A DNA stretch of 55,471 bases, counting the filler, from Trypethelium eluteriae (taxonomy: Eukaryota): assembly GCA_051942245.1 (NCBI GenBank). It is 2 parts of 2 records of this genome, joined end to end, with 100 filler letters (N's around TTAATTAATTAA, not from the genome) between each part and the next. Parts side by side here need not be neighbours in the genome. Positions count along the whole stretch, not along the records: positions 27,794 to 55,471 come from JAVECL010000327.1; 1 more part is not named here. One strand, 5' to 3'. Below are positions 45,078-55,471 of this stretch, one piece after another. The position numbers and the translations under genes were made by a program. The number at the start of each line of letters is the position of its first letter. The first letter of the stretch is position 1. The notes under the pieces were generated by a model. The model searched no databases. It was not told the origin of the DNA and saw only the letters and a list, made by a program, of their open reading frames with translations.

Positions 45078-48000
45078 TTAGGATAATCGCGATAGAAGCT
45101 CCTTGTAAAAACTCTCGTCACTGTACGTCAGCACATCGTTCCTTGTACTGTCTTTCACAAACTTCTTCAGATACCATCGCGGTGTTCGACCCTCATCGTC
45201 GCAAGCGTGTAGATCGACATCGGCAAGATCCATCAACAACCTCAGAGCTTGCCTGGATCCTGCCTCAGCAGCCCACGACAGAGGCGTCCGACCATGGATG
45301 TCTCGAGAATTAGAATCAACATCAACCCGTGCGAGCAAAAGCCTCATCGTGGGATCATCCGCGCAATCCTCACATTCCTCCACAGTCTTCCTGGATCGAA
45401 GAGTCCCCCTCCCTGCTGCCCACGACAATGGCGTACGGCCATTCATATCCTTTAAGTCGGCATCCACATCATGTCGCTCCAGTATAGCTTGCACCACGCC
45501 CTCAATGGTCTTTGGTTCGGAAAAAGAGTAAATAGCACTTCTTGTTACTGCCCACGATAGTGGTGATCGCCCCCTTTTGTCTCTAGCATTCACATCGCTT
45601 TCTCTGATCAAGAACATGATAGTTGGCACATCCCCCTTCTTTGCGGCCCAAGCGAGAGGGGTTAGGCCGTTCGAGTCTCTTGAATTCGCATCTGCCCCGT
45701 ACGTCAGAAGCAGTTCAGCCACAGCAGGATGGGCACTTCTCGCTGCCCAAGCAAGTGGCGTACGGCCGTGCAAGTCTCTTGAGTCCGTCAGCACGTCGTG
45801 GCGCTCAAGGAGCAGCCTAGCCACCGAAGCACTTCCCTCTTTGTCTACCCTGGTCCTTGCTGCACAAGCGAGAGGTGTACAGCCATCAGAATCTCTTGAA
45901 TCTGCATCCACACCGTCTCGCTCGAGGAGCGTCTTAGCCACGTTATATAATCCGTAACTTGCCGCCCAAGACAGAGGTGTGAGGCCATCCAAGTCCCTCG
46001 GGTTCGCATCTTCAGTTCGCTGATGAAGCAGTCTGACCATGTCAGTCCTTTCTTCTCCACATATCGCCGCCCAAGTGAGAGGTGTAAGGCCGTCCGGATC
46101 TCTGGAGTCCGTGTCTGCGTTATGTCTGAGAAGTACTCTGGCCATATGTAAGTCGCCTCCGTGCTGCGCTACCCAAGAAAGAGGCGTAAAGCCATTGAAG
46201 TCTCGAGAGTTTACATCCACGCCACGCTGCTTTATAAGTAGGTCAAAATTATCGTCGTTCTGGTAACGGCATGCAATTGCCAATGGAGTCAGTCCGAGCT
46301 CATCCTTTGAATTTAAGTCCACCGTTTGCTGTTCCACCAATTCATTTGTTAAGTTCGCCACTCTTTTAGTATACTGACGTTCTGTAATCCCTCTGTCTCG
46401 GAAGCCTACTTCTTCTGCTGGTAGTAACAAAGCTGCCCAGGAGAGTGCTGTTCTCCCACAGATATCTTTCCGATCCGCTGCTCCAGGTACATAATTACAG
46501 ATGGCTTCGACTAGTCCATCTACAACAAACAGGGCGGCTTGGTGTAGAATTGTGGTATTCCAAGGGAACAGTGTGGTTCGATATAGATCGTGTTCCGTAC
46601 TATAGTAATACAAGATTTGAGCGAGAAGAAGTAGCGTGTCTGAGAAATCGCTTGATGGCCATGGGAGGAGATCAGAGACCCGGCGATATCGGCCTGAACG
46701 GAACGTGTTGTTTGCATGTTCGGCCCATCCTCTTGATGCATAGAGAAGGAACGGGAAAAGCTCTAACAACTCATCTTTCGCGACTTCTCTTGATGATGTG
46801 TTGATGATCTTTTCCGTTCCTGCATAATCAAATATCAAAGCATCGCTTCGGGGCCTACAGCCACGGATTTCCAGCATCTTCAAATAACTTATACAAGCTC
46901 TGGATAACTGTAAATGGCTGTGATTTTTCCCGGCTTTGCAATCGAGGCGTTGGAGTCCAAATTCGATCATATAATCCTTAACAGACTGATGGATGAACTG
47001 GACGACATTTGTCCCATCCTCTTGTTCCACAACTTCCACAAGCCCGCCCGAAAGACTTTTTATCTGTTTTCGTACTTGCTCGTCTGTCGCTGCGAACTGA
47101 CGGTCTTTTCTTAGCTGGCCGAGCGAATCGAATGGACAGTGCCCATCGAGCATCATCGCCCACTGTGTTTCTTTTACCGAAAGTGGTCTTATCGCGTAAC
47201 AAATCCACCTCATTAAACGCACCGATCGTTGGCGTTCCTTGGTAGCTAGATTCTCCAGTATATTGTCGTAGAATGGCACCAGTCCTTCTGGAATTTTCTC
47301 AAGTAGAGTATCCATGTTTCCCCATTCTCCCACATCATACATTTCTGCAATCATTTGGACGACAAGGACTACCCATTGGAACAAACCCTGAGCTTTGTTA
47401 AGGATCTTTTGTTGGAGTTTTAAGGCATCTGGCCTGTCTTCTAATTGTTCTCGAATATGCATTGCCAAGTCTTGTTCGTTTTCGTCATCCACGCACACTT
47501 CCAGCCAATTTTGCGAACTAAAGATGGGATAATGCCGACAGGAAAAACAAATCTTGAGGAAGCCATCCATATTTTGAGCATCCTTCATCATGCGTTGGAA
47601 GTACTGCACGATTTCTCTCGCAATCTTCTCGCCAGACTCATCGAGGGCGTCCACAAAGATCCATATTGGACATGATTTGGAGTAGTGAGGTATCCAATCT
47701 TTTAAAAAGTTCCGCAATTCACTTTCGTGCATTGTCCAGTCGATTTTCTGCTCACCCGCGCTCTTTGGAAGGTTCTTGTGCTTGTCCATGAACTGCACAA
47801 GAACGTTTTTGAACCTCTTCATAAATTGTAGTAGCATTTCAGGGACTTGAGTGAGCATTTGGTGCAGAAGGGACCGGTAGAGACCAAGTAGACTGTTCTG
47901 AATGGAATTGTTTCCGGCACGACCGTAGAAGAAAAATGCAAGAATGATCGAAGGGTTAGAATCGTCGTGTTTCCTTTCTGTCTCAAGTGCAAACTTCATC

Positions 48001-49257
48001 AACGTTGACTTTCCTGCACCGGGCTTGCCTTTTACCCACAAAATTCCCCGTGTTAGATCGGACCAGGATTTGTATGATTCATTATCAAGAAGCCATTCAC
48101 AAGTGCCAGGAGTTTTGTCACCAATATTATTTTCTCGCACACTCACCTCGCGAAACCACAGGGCTTGTAGGCAACCTAGACTTACTATTCAGTTTCGATG
48201 TGGAAAGCCAGGTAATCGGATGACTCACGGTCTTGCTCTGCTTTAGTAGGTTGCCATAAATCTAGATGTGCCGTCAGTGGACGTAGGTATACCTTTGGTG
48301 CAATATTGGATACGAACCTTTCTCGGCCTTGAAGGTATGATCGACAAGGTGTGGTATTTCTTCGGCTATTGACGGTATAACCGACAATAGCTCTTTCGTG
48401 TAGGCAGCAGCTACCCCTGCGGCATGTGGCTGCCAGTCCTTGTTCTTGTGTGTGTCTGCATAGTCGCATATACCTCGAATAACAAGACACGGGAAGTCGT
48501 TCATGAGTCCCGCTGCCTCCATCTCGAAGCACAAGAGTCCGCCTATCTGATCTCGCAGCCTATCTCGTTCAACGCCATCTTTCATGACCAGATTTCCAGA
48601 TGCTATAGTGCCGTAGTGCACGACTGGCTCTTTGTCCGTACGTTTCGAGCGCGGCAAGACTCGGTCCCGACGACAGTGTTTGCAAGTCGATCCACCAATG
48701 TGATTGTACACTTTTTTGAAGAGTATATCTTGTGAATTGGGGCGCTGGAAGTCGTGCGGGAGGAGTGATGACAACAATCTCCTGCTTCGACTTGTCTCCA
48801 GCTTAGAGGTCGCCTGCAATAGTAGTTCCGGGGGTGGCGCGAGACAGCCAGTCCGCTGATACCCGTTGGGCAACCTCTTTCCCATGTCATACTGTACCAC
48901 GCCTGGCAGGTTGTCTACTGGCTTACTGACAACTACGTCTCCAAGACGTATATCAGCATCGGCACCCGGGACACCACCTCCGATGCCAACCATGAATCGA
49001 AGTCGCATTGACGGGAACGTTATCATCATTCGAGTCGCCACCGCAGTTGCACGATTTGTGCCATATTGGCCCGGAGGTAGACAGCCTACGACTACGTTGT
49101 GGCGCTGAATGCGGCCAAAGGTATAAACATTGCCATCCATGATCGGCGGGCCTTCGTGCTCCTCATCTAGCATTGCTCGGGCAGCCCGAAGCTCTACCTG
49201 AAGCGCGCAAACCCAGCCTACGGTGTAGTCTTCAGGACGTTGCTGAAGACGCGCCAT
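45078..49257 (-). CDS. Fungal NLR: PNP_UDP nucleoside phosphorylase domain + NACHT + ankyrin repeats, ~1356 aa, 3 exons
   Basis: Exons 49257-48318, 48261-48229 (33 nt), 48175-45078 total 4071 nt. PNP motifs YTVGWVCAL, MVGIGGG, LCFEMEAAGL, IRGICDYAD; Walker A GKPGAGKST, Walker B IFVDALDE; 12 D..G.(T/S)P/AL-type ankyrin motifs. Confidence 0.94.
45170..46480 (-). repeat. Ankyrin repeat array, about 12 units
   Basis: Recurring (D/N)SRD..G.TPL.WAA consensus counted in the translation; boundaries approximate. Confidence 0.9.
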
Positions 49258-51177
49258 CTTGGGAAAGAGGTTTACATCAACAGGGAGAAAAACGAGGGAA
49301 AGGCTTGAGCGGCTATCATGGGGTTCGAGCAGTTGTGAAATGTTAGGAGCATGGATAAAGCTCCAGGACTGCAGGTAAGCTTGACCCTGACATTCGTTGA
49401 CAGGAGTAGAATATGGGAGATACCGGCACGTGGCGGTGTTCAATGAGCAGTAGCATCGTCAAGATATATACAAGTTGCCCCTGAAATCCAATAGGGCCGT
49501 GATCTTGATGGAGGAGGAGGACATCTGTTGATGATGGCCCTGCGAAGCCATTCAAACGCGCTGAGAGTTGCCTCGACACGTGTGGGGAGACGTGGGCTAG
49601 ACGACTAGCGGAGAGAGTGCGCAAGGCTAGAGCTGATCGCTACCTGCTCAAGACGCTAAGTCTGTAGCCAACCATGTCTCGCCAGCCAGCTCATATATCC
49701 TTTGGCTGTAGTACCACCCTCACGTTTTCGAGGGTGAGATAAACTTTCCATTGACTGAAGGAGGAGACGGAAAAGACCGAAGAGATCGAAAAAGCTTTCT
49801 TCTTTCTGTACCGGGTATATTACATACCATTGGAGGAAAAGCTGAGGCGGTGCCGATGGGCAGAATATTCCATCGCACGAGCCGCGCACGGGCCCAGCTT
49901 GTCTTATCTGCGCTATGGCTTTGGCGCTTTTTTGCAGCACCCTCGAGCCAGCGCACTTGGCACGAATGTCAGTCATCCCGACTCGCGAGAGAGATAAATG
50001 AAAGCGTGCAAGAATGTGCCCAAGTAACTCATGATCGACGATTTTTGGTGGAAGAATGTATGATCTTGACGTTTCAGGCATTTACTGCTCGGACTACTCG
50101 TTAGATAGCATCGGCTCTGCGAGTTAAATCCATGAAATGATATCCGACTGCACTTACGCGACTCCATACTGGGGTCGAAGAACGAGATTGTCGTCTCGCA
50201 AGTTGTGACCTGAATCTCGTGACAGAAAAGCGATTTGAGATGAGGGTATTGGATCTCCTACCAAATTCCAGAATGGACTGCCTTAGCGGAACGGCACGCA
50301 AGGACACTGGTTAAGTAATATTGACAACGCTTATTCCCTTCTCGCGAATCACCTAGAGTAGATTTCTCAAGGCATGAACACCAAATGATGTATTTGAGAG
50401 CTCAACGTTTTGTATCCAATCTGCGTGACTGGGCCAGATAGCGGGCCTGTGGCACTTGCGCGCTTCTCAATCTTGCAAAGAGATACGGCAGCGATGAAGA
50501 CCACACGGGTAGAGAAGCATGATTTGTCATTAGTATGAGATTTGTGTAGTTGAGCATGCGTTGCGAGGCCGAGTGTCGGGAACCAATCATGCAAGATCCT
50601 CAGCAGAGACCACCTGATATGCCTGATCCGTAAAAAGTGCGTAGGCGATGAACTTCATTGTCGGTGCATGCAGGTGCCTATGCACTGCAAGGTATGGTTA
50701 GCAATCTAAAAGGCATGATAATCGCGCAGGGAATGTCTGCACAAGACGAGAGCATTCGAGAGCAAACGGAAATCGTCTCACAACCGAGTCTCGGGTGTCA
50801 GATGATTGCCGATAAAGACAGGATGTCATTGAGAGCTAGGTTGAACTATCCTATCCAGACAGCCACAGTTCTATAATCCATCCAAATCCCATTATACATC
50901 GCCACCGAGGTAGTTATGTACATAGCCCTAATGACGCGTGTGGAGCGAATGGCGGTTGAGGAGTCGCCCAGCAATCTTCAGCCTGAAAGATAGCGCCAAT
51001 TCAATCAGAATGTTAACATCTCATCTCGAATACCGACCAAACGAACCGTCGGGATACCGAAGACAAGGAAACGACAAGCAGCTGCTCACGAGCGGTGCTT
51101 GGGATTTGATCCACAAGCAAAGAACTTTTCATCATCACGGGTAAACGTCTTCCACTCACTCTCCATCTACCAGATCT

Positions 51178-51846
51178 TTACTCGTAAACGAAGAAGCTCG
51201 GTTTTGAGGTGGGCGCTGGCGGTAGCCTGGTAGCACCAGTGCCGTTATGGTGATGATGGGGGTGAGGCTCAAAGCGCTTCGCAGCCTGATCCGACTCGGC
51301 CGGAGGTGGGGGAAAGAAGCCACCGGTGGGTAGCGGAGCACCCGGCCGGCGATGATGCGGCTTGAACTTCTTGTTGCCAACATCACGCTTCTCATGGGCG
51401 TTGTGTACCGGTGGAGGAGGGAACGGGCCGCCAGTGGGTGCGGGAAAGCCACCCGTGGGCGCCGGGAACCCACCGGTTGGGAGAAACTGAGGGTGTCCGC
51501 GGTGTTTGGGAGTCTGTTCAGCGCGTCGCTCGTGCTCATGCTTCCTATGGAATCCACCAGTGGGGAATGGGAAGCCTCCGGTTGGGAATGGGAAACCGCC
51601 AGTGGGGAATGGGAAGCTTGGAGTAGGGAAGTGCTCGGGCTTCTCCTCAGGCACCTCCTTCCGCTGCTCGATTGGGAAGGGTGCTTTCTCACCCGAGGGA
51701 GGTGCGTGGTGATGATGGTGATTGCCAGTGCCTAGAGGGTGATGAGGGAATGTTCTTGTGGCTTCCGTCGTGGGAGCCGGTGCAGGTGCTGCTAAGACGA
51801 GGGGGATGACGGCTAGGAGCCCCGCATATGAGAAAATAGGTGCCAT
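51178..51846 (-). CDS. Secreted His/Pro/Gly/Phe-rich repeat protein with dibasic sites (Kex2-processed repeat protein-like), 222 aa
   Basis: Signal peptide MAPIFSYAGLLAVIPLVLA; seven PTGG units; ERR, EKR and AKR dibasic sites; poly-His tracts. Confidence 0.8.
   Translation of the reverse strand: MAPIFSYAGLLAVIPLVLAAPAPAPTTEATRTFPHHPLGTGNHHHHHAPPSGEKAPFPIEQRKEVPEEKPEHFPTPSFPFPTGGFPFPTGGFPFPTGGFHRKHEHERRAEQTPKHRGHPQFLPTGGFPAPTGGFPAPTGGPFPPPPVHNAHEKRDVGNKKFKPHHRRPGAPLPTGGFFPPPPAESDQAAKRFEPHPHHHHNGTGATRLPPAPTSKPSFFVYE
51554..51616. repeat. 21-nt coding tandem repeat x3 (FPFPTGG); a related array (FPAPTGG) lies at 51428-51481
   Basis: ccaccagtggggaatgggaag / cctccggttgggaatgggaaa / ccgccagtggggaatgggaag; the differences are synonymous. 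Confidence 0.9.
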
Positions 51847-54800
51847 AGCGAAACGGATGTGATTGATGAGAGAACTTGGTTATGAGCAGTCAAATGTGCA
51901 AAAACTCCTTTCGTGCCAGCCGAAGGTCGACGGAAAAAGTAAGAGAGTGGTTAAAGAAGACTTATCTTGCAGTAACTGGAGAATTGAAGCGTAGGGAAGA
52001 ACTCGAGCAATAAATACCGTTTCCCACCCAGGCCAGAATACTACATATGACACAATCAAATGATGAGCAGGACACTGCTGGCAGACCTACAGAAGCTCGG
52101 AGCGGCACTTGGACGACAACAATCTAGGGTTGCGGCCTATCCACCGGTCGATCAAGCGCCGGAACACTGGAATGAGCCGATGCATGGAGATGAACAGGAT
52201 GAAGTGGGCTGAATACAAGTCAATCAATTCGTCAGGCAATGGAGGATCCAGATTAACCAGAGCGGATCGACTGGTGGGAACAGGTACAGAGTCGCCACGT
52301 TCAGCCAAGGGCCACATGGAGGTGTGAATCTAACAGAGGAGTAGATCATAATGTTGACATGCACTGGTGCGTTTGAGACGAATTTGGACGCGTAAGACTC
52401 CAAGGTGCCGACATGGGGGGAGGTTGTTGAGGAAGAACAGGCCCGAGACCGTGGTCGGAGGTGCGAGGGGCCGGCCAGCAGCTCGAAACAAACGCGGTAA
52501 ATCCGCCGCGAGAAGGAACAAGCCTACCCATCTATCCTCGCAATGCGGGATCAAGGATTACACGAAGAAGTCGCTTAAGGTGAGTGGTGAGGTGGTGCGG
52601 TGGTTAGGATGGTCGTAGAAGGTGCGGTTCCTTCGCGATTGAAGGCGGTTCGTCTGGCTAGCCAACCAATCATGCCATCGATCTTGCGCCCATCTTCAAG
52701 CCTTTAAAGAACACCCTCAACTTCGAAACTTGAGCCTCCAGATGTTCGTTGTGTCTTCATGCGTGACGTAAAAGATCTGAGAGAAACCCAATGTTTCCAC
52801 GTGCTTCGAGGAACCACCTCAAATGCTCATTTACGACGATTCTTGTAGACTGGCAACTCCGAGTCAGAACCCGACGGGCTTGCTGTTAATTCTCGCAGCG
52901 TACATGAAGCCTTCTGTACGTCAGTCGCCCCACCGACGCTCCACCAGTGGGACCTTCGTCCATCCTCGCGGTGCATCGTCCATCGTCCCTGGCGCGTGGT
53001 CCTGGCGATTTTTATCGGTGCCTATCACCCTAGCTCCGGTAATAAACTAATCACTTTAGGCTTTGAGCATCTCAGAAGCAGTGAGCCTACTAGGCGCGGT
53101 ACCTCAGGGTGTTATCATAGAGAGAGATTGGCGGACAGAACTTCTTGTTGCCGAACGACTGAATATTGTAGGCTACCAAATCGAGAAGGGTGATACGCGA
53201 TCTGTCGCAGATATCGTGCCACAAGCATCAGGGTTCCTTGACCTTTCTCGATCAATGAAAAAGCGCCGGCGACCGGTTCCCCTCCAAAACAACATTTCGA
53301 TCACGTCAGTTCAAGGAATTCTGACTTGGATTGGATTCAAGACATTTTCCACCATGATTTAGGAGATTCTAAAATTTTTGATGAACGGATAAAGTGGTTA
53401 ACCCAAGGCACTATTCTTACATCCGGACGACGCCGCCACCGGTGGTATGTAGGTGGTTAAAAGGCCCACCGGAAGGGATCCGTCCCTTGAATGGGAAGAA
53501 ACTTTAAAAAGGCTCCCCCTGGGAGACGGATCGCTCTTCCTGCGGGACTTGCTTTTTGCTTCTTCCATTCATTTCTGCATGTCATGTCCTCTTGGGACTT
53601 TAGGACCATGCAGAACAACCGTCTGGATACCTACATGCTTTGCCTGCTTATAAAAACTTCGTTTGCAGAAGTACAGGATAGTCCGTACCGTAGCTGCGAC
53701 GTCGTTCAAAAATCGCTACCAGAAGTATTCATCTGGTTCACGTCCACTTCAATTTCTTGGATCGACCGCTATTCCAGGGGTTGGCTAGGGTTCGGCAACG
53801 GATTCCTGTCGATAAGTAGACGACTTATTAATCTATCAAGTCAGCGATATCCACCACTCACCAGATTGCGAGATGCCGAGAAATTTGCCTGAAGAAAAGG
53901 TGCTGACTAAATCATGAACTGCCTTAGATTGCGCTGGGAGAAATTTTGGTCCCATTTAACCAAGCTCGAGGGATTAGGCCGTGACGCAAGACATTCATGG
54001 GAATTTAAACAAGCTGGAGTCAAGTTGATTAGACCACTGCACGATATCCTGTTGAAAGTCGCAACGTGATATTTATCAGATTGACGGAGCCAGGTAGGTA
54101 CGTGACTTCCACCGCGTTAAACAATTCGTTGCGGTACAAATCGATTGATACTGTTGTTCCTCCACTGAACCGTACCTGAAATGCTGGGATTTACTTGTAC
54201 AAGTACTACCGTTGTCACATGGAGTAGAGCTTCCCTGAGGTCAGGTGTCGCGTCCATTTGAGTGGAAATGGCAAGATAAATAAAAGAAGTCCATGGTTGG
54301 AGGTGGAGCTTGACAGATTAGGCAATTCCACCGCATCGATCGATGCCAAACATTAGATCCATGGTAGCAAAATATGTCGATAGGTCGCTCCAACCCCTCC
54401 ATCGTCCATCTACTGGATACTGCTCATTGAAGCTTGTAATCCCAGCTCTGTACGTCGAACAATATCCTATCCTATGCACGTGGTCAATAAGGACGAGGAT
54501 TATTGATAAGAGAAATCCAACCCATGCTACCTTCAGATTGCTTTCTTCGGTTCAACCCAGTCAAGGTTTTCTTCATTTATCGGATACGGGCACCTTGAAT
54601 CCCAACGATTGCCCCAGAAGGATCTCTCAGTATGCTTCGAACATCGGGTCAAAGCTGCTGGCTTGGAAAGACAGGGATTAAGTGGATCGGTCGTGCAAAT
54701 TCCCTGGTGAACCTCTCTTGCTTGGTGCTGTTTGAGATCTGCATGCCAATCACGCCATCCTGTTGGCAACGAACGTGCAATGGCTTGCAGCACGGCCTTC

Positions 54801-55471
54801 TGCCTATCATGAGTCTGCTGGGAAGGAAAGAAGCGCGGCTTATGCTGTCGAGTGTATTATTGTGGTCTTATTGTCTCCCAGCTCCACAGTGCGACAGTTC
54901 ATTTGGACAAAATCTGCTCCTTTAGGTCTTTTACCCGTAAGGCACAGTCAGAAGTGAAGAATTGGACGCGAGTGACATACCGGGTATCGAGAGACATCAG
55001 CATAGCAAAACCGGACAGCATTTAAGTAAAAACAAAAAGGTAGTCGATGTTATCTAAAAAAAAAATAGATAAATAATCCTATACAAGAAGGCAAAACATT
55101 ACTCTACATGGGCTTTGAATTGGTGGGACTCAGATAACCACCATAGGTATATCCCGAAAACTCCATAGACAAGTCAATCACGTAGCTTTTCCACCAAATA
55201 TGTACGACAAGGTAGATGAGAGAACAACGTGGTATCTGTAGCAACAGCAAATCTTCAGTCCACCTAAAAGCGCCTAGGGCTGCAGCCTTAAGATTGAGGC
55301 AAAAAAAAGTAAAACTCACAACGTCGAAGCAATCGAAGCAAATACGGCACCAATCTTCCTCATTAGCCATTCGTAGACATAGAGTATCGTCCTTAATCCG
55401 CCCTACTACCCAGCTCCCCCCTCTTCCTCATTCGCATTCTCCCCTAATCATTCATTCAGAACCCTCTAAAC

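Noticed and set aside
48274..49443. PNP ORF as a separate effector gene beside an effector-less NLR (two-gene amyloid signalling layout)
   Set aside because: Canonical introns join it in frame to NACHT-ANK, and no N/Q/G-rich amyloid motif is visible at either end.
51850..55471. Short ORFs of 60-133 codons and a possible telomere-like end (aaccctctaaac)
   Set aside because: No domain or splice model found; no tandem TTAGGG/CCCTAA array.
1..55471. tRNA/rRNA genes, CRISPR arrays, transposases, LTRs, AT-rich RIP blocks
   Set aside because: None recognised by eye. The many antisense ORFs inside long CDSs are shadow frames. tRNAscan-SE, Infernal and RepeatModeler would be needed to exclude these formally.

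Overview
Intron-containing filamentous ascomycete (Pezizomycotina) genomic DNA; Dothideomycete affinity is only a guess. The window has three blocks. (1) An accessory-looking block at ~0.8-12.2 kb: SnoaL/NTF2-like protein, secreted TPQ copper amine oxidase, LITAF-domain protein, HET-domain protein with hydrophobic segments. (2) A mostly compact housekeeping block at ~12.5-35.4 kb: AT-hook-like protein, YEN1/GEN1, SPB4, DGK1, mitochondrial SerRS, BTB protein, TLC protein, JHD1, SF3B6, with one artificial 100-nt scaffold spacer. (3) A gene-sparse block at 35.9-55.5 kb with all recognisable genes on the minus strand: two NLR-type immune receptors (helical N-domain-NB-ARC-TPR; PNP_UDP-NACHT-ankyrin), a spherulin-type cupin, a hemerythrin protein and a secreted Kex2-type repeat protein. 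Exon-intron structures were rebuilt by hand and close in frame; two need GC-AG introns. The strongest unexplained signal is a 293-nt amine oxidase intron that is almost entirely one ~228-nt fold-back with a strong G.U over A.C bias. Four further long imperfect fold-backs lie in intergenic DNA. All pairings were found by eye; no folding energies or database searches were run.
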